From: an uncultured Brevinematales bacterium
GTDB lineage: Bacteria > Spirochaetota > Brevinematia > DTOW01
Direction of reading: 5' to 3'
NCBI GenBank assembly: GCA_964475465.1
Contig: CAYYXA010000027.1
Span: 2,397-66,396, forward strand
DNA length: 64,000 bases
The notes beneath the pieces are model-generated. The model was not told the DNA's origin and searched no databases. It saw only the letters and a list, made by a program, of their open reading frames with translations. Shown here piece after piece: positions 38,882-47,885 of the stretch. Both the position numbers and the translations under genes were made by a program. How positions within the stretch are numbered: position 1 is the stretch's first letter; every line of letters begins with the position of its first letter.

Positions 38882-39433
38882 CTAAAGCAGATAATCAGGA
38901 AGGTAAAAAACACCTTCCCTATTCACAACAACTACATCATAGCCACTATCAAGAACACTCCCTAAATCTACAAAAAAATCTTCGGAAACCGCAAGGATTT
39001 TATTAATTTTTACCCTATCTATTCGCTCTTCAGGCTTAATTACAGAAGTATAAGAAGATTTAACTTCAACAAACCTGATAACACCATTAGCAAAAACGAC
39101 AATGTCTATCTCCCCGTTTGCCGACCTATAATTCATGAGAACTATCTCAAAACCAAGAGAAGACAAATACCTAGCACTCCTTATCTCTGATTCCTTACCT
39201 TTGTCATATTTCCCAAAAAACACTTTACCAACCAAATATTTAAACAAAGAAGGTGAAAACTTAAGCCAATTTATACTGCTTCTCTCGAAGCCAAACTTAT
39301 CAACTAGCATCCAAGAGAAATTAAAATCCCTAAGCTCTCTATCTAGCTTCGAAAATAAATCATCGCAAGAAATTTGATGAACCTTGAGAAACCTAGCAAG
39401 AAAAGATCGAGACTTCTCCAAAACCTTAACCAC
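38882..39433 (-). CDS. YraN/UPF0102-family (PD-(D/E)xK-like) protein with N-terminal extension
   Basis: SARYLSSLGFEIVLMNYRSANGEIDIVVFANGVIRFVEVKSS matches the UPF0102 core (GEIDlIa...vFVEVKtR). About 75 aa N-terminal to the domain are unassigned. Confidence 0.6.
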   Translation of the reverse strand: MVKVLEKSRSFLARFLKVHQISCDDLFSKLDRELRDFNFSWMLVDKFGFERSSINWLKFSPSLFKYLVGKVFFGKYDKGKESEIRSARYLSSLGFEIVLMNYRSANGEIDIVVFANGVIRFVEVKSSYTSVIKPEERIDRVKINKILAVSEDFFVDLGSVLDSGYDVVVVNREGVFYLPDYLL

Positions 39434-39439
39434 TTTACT

Positions 39440-39530
39440 GCGGAGAGGGAGGGATTCGAACCCTCGGTACGGGGACTACCCGTACACAGCATTTCCAGTG
39501 CTGCTCCTTAGGCCTCTCGGACACCTCTCC
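39440..39530 (-). tRNA. tRNA-Ser (anticodon GGA), long variable arm
   Basis: The reverse complement is GGAGAGGTGTCCGAGAGGCCTAAGGAGCAGCACTGGAAATGCTG...GAGGGTTCGAATCCCTCCCTCTCCG. Acceptor stem 7 bp, anticodon loop CTGGAAA, 20-nt variable arm, T-loop TTCGAAT. Confidence 0.85.
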
Positions 39531-39544
39531 AAAAATATTTAAAA

Positions 39545-39823
39545 CTACCTATCAGTAAACGGCAAGAGAGCCATTATCCTGGCTATTTTTATTTCTCTAG
39601 CTATCTTTCTTTGAACCTTACTACAAAATCTTGTCACTTTAGAAGACTTTATCTTAGCTGTAATCGTCAAAAATTGAGAAAGAATATCAACATCCTTATA
39701 AGTTACATTAAGTAACTTCTTTGGACAAGTCATTCTTTTCTTCTTCACTTGGTAAGTTTTTTGAACCTTTTGTTGATCTTCAGGTATTGCCTCCAAATTT
39801 TTTTCCTCAAAAATCTCACTCAT
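39545..39823 (-). CDS. rpsR: 30S ribosomal protein S18
   Basis: ...TRFCSKVQRKIAREIKIARIMALLPF is the S18 C-terminal signature. Confidence 0.9.
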   Translation of the reverse strand: MSEIFEEKNLEAIPEDQQKVQKTYQVKKKRMTCPKKLLNVTYKDVDILSQFLTITAKIKSSKVTRFCSKVQRKIAREIKIARIMALLPFTDR

Positions 39824-39831
39824 AAAACCCC

Positions 39832-40419
39832 CTACTTAAATTCTCTATCTTCCTCATCAAAATCTTCATAATCATCAAGATCATTGTATTCATTTATATC
39901 AGATAACTCTTCATCCTCCTCAAAAAACTCTCCTTCTTCTTCAAATTCCTCAACCTCCTCCCCAAAGTCTTCCTCCGAAGAATTACTTCTAAGAATGTCA
40001 CTATATGCTACCCTCTTACTGTCCAGTTTTTCTTCACCTACTGGCATAGTCCCCATAACCTCACCTTTTTGAACTTCCGAAATCTCTTTACCTCTTGCAC
40101 CAAGAAGCATAATATTTTCCGCCACTATTTCTATAGCTGACTTCTTAACACTTTTACCATCCTGTACAGTCTCCCACTCTCTCTGCACTAACCTACCTTC
40201 AACCATTATCCTGCTTCCCTTCCCAGCATAATTCTGAACAATCTCTCCCAACCTATCCCAAGCCACTACCGTAAAAAAGTAAGTCCTCTTCGTATCTTTG
40301 TAATCATCGTTTATAGCAATCCTAAACCTCACAACTTTCTTACCTAAAGCCGTCTGCCTCACTTCAGGATCCGTAGAAATATTTCCTACCATTATCACCT
40401 TATTAAAAGACCTTGCCAT
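39832..40419 (-). CDS. ssb: Single-stranded DNA-binding protein
   Basis: OB-fold N-terminus MARSFNKVIMVGNISTDPEVR...TYFFTVVAWDRLGE, then a long acidic C-terminal tail. Confidence 0.9.
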   Translation of the reverse strand: MARSFNKVIMVGNISTDPEVRQTALGKKVVRFRIAINDDYKDTKRTYFFTVVAWDRLGEIVQNYAGKGSRIMVEGRLVQREWETVQDGKSVKKSAIEIVAENIMLLGARGKEISEVQKGEVMGTMPVGEEKLDSKRVAYSDILRSNSSEEDFGEEVEEFEEEGEFFEEDEELSDINEYNDLDDYEDFDEEDREFK

Positions 40420-40430
40420 TACAACTCCAA

Positions 40431-40799
40431 CTACTTCTTTCTTTCCCTCTTTTTCCTCTCAACAACTCTAAGGATTATGTGTCTTATTATGTTATCATCT
40501 ATCTTTAATAACCTATCAAGGTTCTGGACAGTTGAATAGGTACCTTCGAAAACTATAAACCTATAGATACCCTCTAAGTACTTCACTCTATTTTTCTTTA
40601 TAGGATAAGCTAATTTTCTTCTTCCCATTTCAGATTCACTTATAACGCTACCACCGTATTCCTTAATTATACCCTTAACTTTTTCAACAACATTTGGTAC
40701 AACAGCATCATCAGGCACAATTATGAAACCAAGCTCATATTTTCTCTTCTCGTTAGCTTTAGCAGAAATTATTGCTTCCCTTATCTGAGCTATATCCAT
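40431..40799 (-). CDS. rpsF: 30S ribosomal protein S6
   Basis: YELGFIIVPD...GGSVISESEMGRRKLAYPIKK is the S6 family. I placed the start at the ATG at 40799, preceded by AGGAGGTG. The track ORF extends 9 codons further without a ribosome-binding site. Confidence 0.85.
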   Translation of the reverse strand: MDIAQIREAIISAKANEKRKYELGFIIVPDDAVVPNVVEKVKGIIKEYGGSVISESEMGRRKLAYPIKKNRVKYLEGIYRFIVFEGTYSTVQNLDRLLKIDDNIIRHIILRVVERKKRERKK

Positions 40800-41162
40800 A
40801 ACACCTCCTATACCAGGATTGCACATAACCCCAAACCGAGTAGGGGCCTCGGCTAAGGCTTTGGAAATAATTATCTACAAAACTAGCAAATAATTTCAAG
40901 TTAGATTGATCAAATTGAAAAGCCTAAAAAGCTAAATCCGTGAAACCTGCACTCATGGTACGACTGTCCTTCACCTACTTAATTAGAATCACGCTAAATA
41001 GTTCCACTTACTCTAATTCGATGAAAAGAGCTTACCCACCTAATCTCGAGAATATTTAACGACAAAGTGCCTCAATAAAGGTGTTATTAAGCACCTGTAT
41101 AACCCAAGTAAGGAATCACTGGGAAATAGCCTTAGGAAGATTAAATCATTAATAATTTTCTT

Positions 41163-42416
41163 ATGAGAGAGAATTTCTCTAGACTCAGAGGATTCCAGGA
41201 TATATTCGGTGAGGACATACAATACTTCGAGTTTATAGAGAAAACTTTCAGGAAATATGCAAAGCTCTACAGTTTCCAGGAAATAAAGTTGCCAATTCTA
41301 GAAAGGACAGAATTATTTGTGAGAGGGATAGGAAGTTCAACAGATATCGTAAGAAAGGAAATGTTCACTTTTGAAGACAGAGGGGGAAGGAGTGTAACAT
41401 TAAGGCCAGAGGGGACAGCTTCAGTAGTAAGAGCATTTCTAGAAAACAATCTAATCAACTCTCCCAAATACAACAAAATTTTCTACTCTGGCCCAATGTT
41501 TAGAGCAGAAAGACCGCAAGCAGGAAGGCTTAGGCAATTCCATCAGTTAGGTGTTGAATGGTTTGGTGGAGATGACCCACTTATTGATTTCGAAGTTATA
41601 TCAATGTTAAACGAAATTCTTTCGGAACTAGGACTAAACGATAGCACAAAGTTTCACATAAACAGCGTAGGATGCGAAATATGTTCTCTCAACTACAAAG
41701 AGAAGCTAAAAGCATTTTTCGATGAAAACAAAGATAAATTTTGTGATGATTGTAAAGAGAGGAGAGAAAAAAATATTCTCAGAATATTTGATTGCAAAAA
41801 CGAAACCTGCATGATGACACTAGAAAAAGCACCAAAAACCTCAGAATACCTGTGTGATACCTGTAAACAACACTTTGATAAACTGATAAACCTAATGGAA
41901 AAAAGCAACATAAACTTTGAAATCAATCCTAAACTAGTTAGGGGACTTGACTACTACACTAGAAATGTCTTTGAAGTTGTGTTTGAAGGGATAGGTGCAC
42001 AAAATGCCATAGCAGGCGGAGGTAGATACAACCACCTAGTAGAGGAATTCGGAGGTCCATACACACCTGCTTTCGGTTTTGCTATGGGTGTAGAAAGAAC
42101 AATAATAGCATTGAAACAAAAAAATATAAAACTACCAGAAGAAAAGTCGATAGCAATATGTACAATATCAGAAAACGAAATACCAAAAGCTTTGGAGATA
42201 GCAAAAATTACAAGAAGTAATGGCATAATCACACACGTTTTAAGTTACTACGGCAAAATAAGTAAACAACTCAAAGTAGCCGATAAGCTAAACGTAACAT
42301 ACACAATAATAATAGGCGAAGACGAAGTAAAAAACAACACCGTACAACTAAAAGATATGCTCTCAGGTGAGCAAAAATCTATGAAAGTAGAAGAAATAGC
42401 AAATTTAATGATTTAA
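41163..42416 (+). CDS. hisS: Histidine--tRNA ligase
   Basis: RGFQDIFGED...LRPEGTASVVRAF...GGGRYN are the class II HisRS motifs. Confidence 0.9.
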   Translation: MRENFSRLRGFQDIFGEDIQYFEFIEKTFRKYAKLYSFQEIKLPILERTELFVRGIGSSTDIVRKEMFTFEDRGGRSVTLRPEGTASVVRAFLENNLINSPKYNKIFYSGPMFRAERPQAGRLRQFHQLGVEWFGGDDPLIDFEVISMLNEILSELGLNDSTKFHINSVGCEICSLNYKEKLKAFFDENKDKFCDDCKERREKNILRIFDCKNETCMMTLEKAPKTSEYLCDTCKQHFDKLINLMEKSNINFEINPKLVRGLDYYTRNVFEVVFEGIGAQNAIAGGGRYNHLVEEFGGPYTPAFGFAMGVERTIIALKQKNIKLPEEKSIAICTISENEIPKALEIAKITRSNGIITHVLSYYGKISKQLKVADKLNVTYTIIIGEDEVKNNTVQLKDMLSGEQKSMKVEEIANLMI

Positions 42417-42423
42417 TTTCAGT

Positions 42424-43212
42424 TTAGCCTAACCTATCAAGCCATGAAGGATGATAAACATACCTAAAGCACGATGGACACTGAACAACATCATTCCCAA
42501 ACTTCACTTTCTCAACAACCATGTAAGGTAGTATTACGTTACAGCCACTGCAAGAATAATAATGATCTTTGTATTTCTTAGGATTTCCTAAATCCTCTAT
42601 AGGAACGATAGCCAATCCCCCCTTCTTAGTAAGAAGGTTATCAAAACTCTGAGCAATATGAGCCGGTATCTCGGACAATCTTTTTTCTTTCAAAGCTTTA
42701 AGCTCTTCAACCTTATCTATAAGCTCTTTTGATTGCTCCTCAACAACTTTCTCCTCCGCTTGATACTCTATCCTAAGTGACTCATAAGCTTTCTTAGTTT
42801 CTTCATATCTATCGTTTATATCGTTTATCTGCTCTTCTATGCTTCTCAGCTCCTCAGATATTTCACTAATACTAGCTCTCAAAGTTGTAACCTCTATGTT
42901 AAACGACTCGATACTCCTCTGATTTTTAGCTATCTCGCTTTCTCTCTCCATAAGTTCAGCTAATCTCTTTTTTGCATTTGCTAAATTCTCACTAACCAGT
43001 TCCTTAGTCTTAAGCAATTCCTTTTTTCTTTGCTCATATCTTTTTAGCATGTTCGAAAGCTTAGCCAACTGCTTAGACATCTCATCTAAGTTTTTTCTTT
43101 GCTCAAGAATATTCTTTTCTATCTCCAAAGCGTTGGAATAAATATCCTGAACCTCGATAAGAGTACGAATAATTTTCTTAAAATCTTCCTTAGAAAGGAC
43201 CTGAGACCTCAT
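42424..43212 (-). CDS. Coiled-coil protein with C-terminal C4 zinc-ribbon (COG1579/DUF164-like)
   Basis: A long Glu/Lys-rich coiled coil ends in CSGC...CPSC. Confidence 0.65.
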   Translation of the reverse strand: MRSQVLSKEDFKKIIRTLIEVQDIYSNALEIEKNILEQRKNLDEMSKQLAKLSNMLKRYEQRKKELLKTKELVSENLANAKKRLAELMERESEIAKNQRSIESFNIEVTTLRASISEISEELRSIEEQINDINDRYEETKKAYESLRIEYQAEEKVVEEQSKELIDKVEELKALKEKRLSEIPAHIAQSFDNLLTKKGGLAIVPIEDLGNPKKYKDHYYSCSGCNVILPYMVVEKVKFGNDVVQCPSCFRYVYHPSWLDRLG

Positions 43213-43242
43213 AAAAACACCTGACCAACGAAATAATCAATG

Positions 43243-43316
43243 TGGGCCCGGCAGGACTCGAACCTGCGACCCGCTGATTATGAGTCAGCTGCTCTGACCA
43301 ACTGAGCTACAGGCCC
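43243..43316 (-). tRNA. tRNA-Met (anticodon CAT; elongator-type, could be the tRNA-Ile lysidine type)
   Basis: The reverse complement is GGGCCTGTAGCTCAGTTGGTCAGAGCAGCTGACTCATAATCAGCGGGTCGCAGGTTCGAGTCCTGCCGGGCCCA. The anticodon stem is not the initiator GGG/CCC type. Confidence 0.8.
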
Positions 43317-43323
43317 ACACAAT

Positions 43324-43396
43324 TGGGAAGGGGCGGAATCGAACCGCCGACGCAGGGCTTTTCAGGCCCTCGCTCTACCGACTGCGCTACCTCCCC
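43324..43396 (-). tRNA. tRNA-Phe (anticodon GAA)
   Basis: The reverse complement is GGGGAGGTAGCGCAGTCGGTAGAGCGAGGGCCTGAAAAGCCCTGCGTCGGCGGTTCGATTCCGCCCCTTCCCA. The anticodon loop is CTGAAAA. There is one G12.A23 mismatch in the D-stem. Confidence 0.8.
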
Positions 43397-43402
43397 GCAC
43401 TT

Positions 43403-43486
43403 TGGAGAGAGGAGGATTCGAACCTCCGAAGGCGTAAAGCCAGCAGATTTACAGTCTGCCCCCGTTGGCCGCTTGGGTATCTCTCC
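43403..43486 (-). tRNA. tRNA-Tyr (anticodon GTA), long variable arm
   Basis: The reverse complement is GGAGAGATACCCAAGCGGCCAACGGGGGCAGACTGTAAATCTGC...GGAGGTTCGAATCCTCCTCTCTCCA. Confidence 0.8.
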
Positions 43487-43530
43487 AAAGCACCAACCAC
43501 CAGTCGGCGATAATTAATATAAAACAAAAA

Positions 43531-44517
43531 TCACTTAAAAATCAAGTTTGTTAAAAAAATTGCAAAAATTGGTGCACCTATAATACCTGTTACAACCCCT
43601 AGAGGCAACTCATAACCGCCAACAATAATCTTAGCAACCATGTGAGAAAAAGCAAGAAAAGTTCCTCCCAAGACGAAATTCAAAATTACAATATTACTAG
43701 TATTAAGAACACGACACCTATAAGCCAGCAAAGTCAAAGTATTTGGAACAACAAACCCAACGAAACCGACAATTCCCGTAAGCAAAACAGAAATAGAGCT
43801 AAGAACTATAGAAAGAACCAAGAATACACTTCTCCACAATCTCACATCAATACCAAGAACTTGGGCATCAACCTCACCAATCGATAGCACATCGACATAC
43901 CTAGAAAGCAAAACTATGAGAATAAGAACAAAAATAACTATTCCCAGATAAACCAGAACAACACCAAAATCACTAAATCCGACACTTCCCATCATCCACG
44001 CAAACACAGAAGAGAGAGTATTAGGATCAAAAAAAGATTGAACAAAAACAACGAGTGAAGAAATGAAAACATTCAAAACCACTCCCAAAATGATCACTCC
44101 AATCGAATCTTTACTGTAAAGAGAAACCAAGATCAAAACGAATCCTGGCACCAAACCGAATAAGAACGAAAACAAAGCTTTCCAAAACAAAAACGAAGTA
44201 CCAAAAGAAGGCAAAAGATAAGAAGCAATCACATACCCCAAAGCGCTACCAGACAAAACCCCCGTTATTCCTGGATCAATCAGCGGATTTTTCAAAATCC
44301 TCTGAAGAACAAACCCCGAAAGTGCCAAAGAAGCCCCAGAAACGAAAACAGAAAACAATTGGACCAACCTGATATAAATAACTCTAAGGCTTGCATCATC
44401 CCCACCCCTCAACAAAAACCCTAAAAAACTAATGTCAGAACTACCAATTTCCATGTAAGTAAAACATACTACAAACAACAAGGCAAAAAATAAGAAAAAT
44501 ATAAATAACTTTTTCAT
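43531..44517 (-). CDS. FecCD-family ABC transporter permease (iron-siderophore/cobalamin type); no cognate ATPase or binding protein adjacent
   Basis: LALSGFVLQRILKNPLIDPGITGVLSGSALG is the FecCD/BtuC conserved region, in a protein with about 9 TM helices. Confidence 0.75.
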   Translation of the reverse strand: MKKLFIFFLFFALLFVVCFTYMEIGSSDISFLGFLLRGGDDASLRVIYIRLVQLFSVFVSGASLALSGFVLQRILKNPLIDPGITGVLSGSALGYVIASYLLPSFGTSFLFWKALFSFLFGLVPGFVLILVSLYSKDSIGVIILGVVLNVFISSLVVFVQSFFDPNTLSSVFAWMMGSVGFSDFGVVLVYLGIVIFVLILIVLLSRYVDVLSIGEVDAQVLGIDVRLWRSVFLVLSIVLSSISVLLTGIVGFVGFVVPNTLTLLAYRCRVLNTSNIVILNFVLGGTFLAFSHMVAKIIVGGYELPLGVVTGIIGAPIFAIFLTNLIFK

Positions 44518-45869
44518 TTGACTTCTTCAAGTTGTATGCCCAAATTTTCAAGCTTCCGGTAAAGATAAGTTCTATCGAGACCTGTAACTTTTGAAAGCTC
44601 AGTTATATTATTTCCTACCTTTGCCATCATCCTCTGGAAATAAATCCTCTCAAATTGAGCTTTGGCATCCCTGTACGGAAGATCAAAATTTATATCATCC
44701 TTCGTATAACCACCAACAAAAACCTCCGCCGTGTACTTCCTAAGCTCATCAATAGTTATTTTACCCCCCCTCGACATTATCACAAGCCTCTCAACTATAT
44801 TCTTCAACTCCCTTACATTACCAGGCCAAGAATATCTTAGGAAAACTTCCTTAACTTCGTCAGAAAACTCAATTCCCCTCTTACCATACTTAGTGGAAAA
44901 CTCATTCAAGTAGTATATTGATATAGGTATAATATCCTCTTTTCTCTCCCTGAGCGGAAGAATATGGATAGGTATAACATTTATTCTATAATAAAGGTCC
45001 TCCCTAAATTTCCCCTCCCTAACCAAAGCCTTCAAATCCCTATTTGTAGAGAAAATAAACCTAACGTCAACTTGAACTCCCTTGTTAGACCCCAACCTAT
45101 ACACAACTTTTTCCTGTAGAACCCTAAGAAGTTTCGATTGCAGAGTAAGAGGCATTTCTGCTATCTCATCGAGAAACAAAGTACCACCGTTAGCCGACTC
45201 TATCTTACCTTTCTTAGATGATACTGCCCCTGTGAAGGCTCCCCTCTCATAACCAAAAAGTTCCGATTCCATCAAAGTTTCAGGAATAGCAGGACAGTTT
45301 ATATCAACAAAAGGCCCACTCCTTCTAGAACTTTTTAGATGTATAAGCCTAGCAACAACTTCCTTACCCACACCATTTTCACCAGTTATGAGGACACTCG
45401 CGTCACTGTCAGCTATTCTGCCAATAAACTCAAGCACATTTTTCGTATGCTCAGACTCACCAACAAGCTTGTACTCAGACCAATAAGTATTTTTCTCAAA
45501 CTCAAGCTCTCTAAACCTCAATGCATTCCTAACAGTACTAACCAACTTATCTATCGATATCGGCTTTTCTATGAAATCAAAAGCTCCCAACTTTATACAC
45601 TCAACAGTAGACGAGATAGTGCCATGCCCAGATATCATCACAACTGGCAACATAGGAAACTGCTTCCTTATCTCCCTAAGAATATCTATACCATTCACCG
45701 ACGGCATAAGCAAATCAAGCAAAACTAAATCAACATCCTCAACATTAAGCACACTCAATGTATTGCTACCTTCATTAAGAGTTATCACAGAGAAACCATA
45801 ATCCTCAAGCACTTCCTTAATGGTTTTAGTTATGTTTATCTCGTCGTCAACAACCAATATCTTATACAT
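44514..45869 (-). CDS. Sigma-54-dependent response regulator (REC plus AAA+ sigma-54 activator plus Fis-type HTH; NtrC family)
   Basis: REC domain ILVVDDE...LLDLLMP. Walker A ITGENGVGKE. GAFTGA motif in ESELFGYERGAFTGA. C-terminal HTH. There is no histidine kinase in the window. Confidence 0.85.
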   Translation of the reverse strand: MYKILVVDDEINITKTIKEVLEDYGFSVITLNEGSNTLSVLNVEDVDLVLLDLLMPSVNGIDILREIRKQFPMLPVVMISGHGTISSTVECIKLGAFDFIEKPISIDKLVSTVRNALRFRELEFEKNTYWSEYKLVGESEHTKNVLEFIGRIADSDASVLITGENGVGKEVVARLIHLKSSRRSGPFVDINCPAIPETLMESELFGYERGAFTGAVSSKKGKIESANGGTLFLDEIAEMPLTLQSKLLRVLQEKVVYRLGSNKGVQVDVRFIFSTNRDLKALVREGKFREDLYYRINVIPIHILPLRERKEDIIPISIYYLNEFSTKYGKRGIEFSDEVKEVFLRYSWPGNVRELKNIVERLVIMSRGGKITIDELRKYTAEVFVGGYTKDDINFDLPYRDAKAQFERIYFQRMMAKVGNNITELSKVTGLDRTYLYRKLENLGIQLEEVK

Positions 45870-45871
45870 AC

Positions 45872-46663
45872 CTAGATAAGCTCTTTATCCTTCAAAAACG
45901 AAAGAAGAACATTATTAAACTCTTCAGGATCCTCTATAGCGGACAAATGTCCGCTGTACTCAAAAACAACAAAAACCGAATTCTTCATAGCTCTTGCCAT
46001 ACCTTCCATAATATCCAGTGGCACTACCTTATCTCTACCACCTGCAATAACAAGCACAGGAACATCAATATCCTTAAGAATCTCCATATAATCAGGTCTA
46101 GTCGCAATAGTGTATATCTCCGCAACTATACCCTCAACACTGCCATGGCTTATAATCTCATCTATGAAATTTTGAATATCAGGCCTCTTCCTCTTAGTTT
46201 CCTCAGAAACTAAATTAGCAAAAAATTCCTTTACATACTTCTCCTTATTCTCCTTAACTTTCTCTATATCACTAAGCCTCCTTTTCCTACCCTCCTCATC
46301 AAGTGCTTGGGGCCTAGTATTGCAGAAAACCATGCCAGCAATAATGTCTTTGCGCTGTCTCCAAAACTCAAGCATTATATACCCACCCATACTAGTACCA
46401 AGAGGAATAATCTTCTTGAAAGGCAAATCCTTTATATTTTCGTAAATTATACCTACCATCTCAGAAATGCTTAAATCCTCCTTTGGAGGATTGTCACTAC
46501 CACCGATACCCGGATAATCAATAGCCATGTAAGGAATACCATGCTCGTCAAGAACTTTGTACTGATCTGCATAAATCTCCTTCGTTGCTATAAAAGGAGG
46601 CAAAAACAATAAAGCATTCCTGTCACTAGAAAGATTACTATACCTTATACCTAACTTCAACAT
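45872..46663 (-). CDS. Alpha/beta-fold hydrolase
   Basis: GTSMGG nucleophile elbow (GxSxG). About 260 aa. Confidence 0.65.
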   Translation of the reverse strand: MLKLGIRYSNLSSDRNALLFLPPFIATKEIYADQYKVLDEHGIPYMAIDYPGIGGSDNPPKEDLSISEMVGIIYENIKDLPFKKIIPLGTSMGGYIMLEFWRQRKDIIAGMVFCNTRPQALDEEGRKRRLSDIEKVKENKEKYVKEFFANLVSEETKRKRPDIQNFIDEIISHGSVEGIVAEIYTIATRPDYMEILKDIDVPVLVIAGGRDKVVPLDIMEGMARAMKNSVFVVFEYSGHLSAIEDPEEFNNVLLSFLKDKELI

Positions 46664-46782
46664 AACTTAAGAATAGTAAAAAAAGACAATCAATTTCAAT
46701 TTCACAACCATTCTATACCTTAACAGCTCACACAACCCCATCTACCTCTCTTAACACAATACCAGAAACAAAAACCTAATCA

Positions 46783-46826
46783 AAACACTGAGTGTTAAAA
46801 ACACTAAGTGTTAAAAACACTTAAGA
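46783..46826. promoter_or_regulatory. Tandem palindromic operator-like repeats in the divergent hydrolase/ispH intergenic region
   Basis: AACACTGAGTGTTAAAA / ACACTAAGTGTTAAAAA / CACTTAAG. Each unit is a perfect AACACT-N-AGTGTT palindrome on a 17-nt register. Confidence 0.45.
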
Positions 46827-46907
46827 ATACTCTCAGAATATAATTACATGACATCAGATTTAGTTTGATAAAACACATTTAAAATTATTATATTTTTTGT
46901 AGGGTTT

Positions 46908-47753
46908 ATGGAAGTAGAAATAGCCAAGGAAATAGGTTTTTGCTTTGGCGTAAGGAAAGCAATAGAGGCTCTAGACAAGGTTGTTAACGATTATCCAGAA
47001 GAAGAGATATATGTAACTGGTGAACTGGTACACAACAAGGATGCAACGAGAAAATACGAAGAAAGGAATGTAAAATTCTCTCAAGATGTAGATGAGTATA
47101 AGGGAATTGTAGTTATAAGGGCTCATGGGATCTCTGACGAAGAAAGAGAAAGGATAAAAAGCAACTCTGATGTAAAGAAAATCATAGATGCCACGTGCCC
47201 ATACGTTTTGAGAGTTCACTACTTGACGAAAAAGATGGTAAAAGAAGGGTACCACATAATAATAATAGGTGAGAAAGATCACCCAGAAACAAGAGGATAT
47301 TACCTGAATGTTAAAGACAATTGTACGGTAATCGAACCATCAGTAGGTATAAAAGAGTTACCTAAAGTGAAAAAAGTAGCGGTGTTTGCGCAAACTACGA
47401 TGAACTACGAAAAATTTAAAGAGATTGCCAAAGAGTTGGTAACGGAATTTGATGAGACTAGAATATTTATGACTATATGCCCACCAGTTATAAACAGACA
47501 AAAATCTGTAATTGATTTATCAAAAGAATGTGATTTAATGGTAGTTCTCGGAGGATATAACAGCTCAAATACAAAGAAACTTAGAGATCTCTGTGCGAAA
47601 TACACCGAAGCTGTACACGTAGAAAGAATCAATCAGCTTAACCTAGAAATTCTAAAAGGTAAAAGGAAAGTAGGAATAGCAGCTGGAACCTCGACCCCCG
47701 ATTGGGTAATCCAAGAAGCTTACGAGTTTCTACGAAATTATACCCCCTCTTAA
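46908..47753 (+). CDS. ispH: 4-hydroxy-3-methylbut-2-enyl diphosphate reductase
   Basis: IGFCFGVRKAIE is the IspH/LytB N-terminal signature. Three conserved Cys are at C12, C97 and C191. Confidence 0.9.
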   Translation: MEVEIAKEIGFCFGVRKAIEALDKVVNDYPEEEIYVTGELVHNKDATRKYEERNVKFSQDVDEYKGIVVIRAHGISDEERERIKSNSDVKKIIDATCPYVLRVHYLTKKMVKEGYHIIIIGEKDHPETRGYYLNVKDNCTVIEPSVGIKELPKVKKVAVFAQTTMNYEKFKEIAKELVTEFDETRIFMTICPPVINRQKSVIDLSKECDLMVVLGGYNSSNTKKLRDLCAKYTEAVHVERINQLNLEILKGKRKVGIAAGTSTPDWVIQEAYEFLRNYTPS

Positions 47754-47885
47754 TCTTAAGTGAAAGTAATAAAGGCATTACAATCACGAATTGTTACCAC
47801 CAATAAGAACTGTTAGCACTAGATTTTACTAGAACATTTATAAATTGAGTTTAAAAACACTAAAAACTACATTTAAAATTTATTT

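Noticed and set aside
40880-41060. T-box-like string (reverse complement GATTAGGTGGGTAAGC resembles the AATTAGGGTGGTACCGCG T-box core) between rpsF and hisS
   Set aside because: It is on the strand leading into rpsF, not hisS. The match is imperfect. I could not build a specifier loop or anti-terminator consistent with a His codon. Probably chance.
43323-43517. 64-aa plus-strand ORF
   Set aside because: It lies entirely within the tRNA-Tyr/Phe/Met cluster on the opposite strand. Its Gly/Pro/Arg-rich translation is typical of tRNA antisense.
46664-46830. 12-nt direct repeat ACTTAAGAATA(G/C) at 46664 and 46819 flanking the operator-like palindromes
   Set aside because: It is a short AT-rich repeat. 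In a genome this AT-rich its chance expectation is not negligible. There are no target-site-duplication-like features or mobile-element genes.
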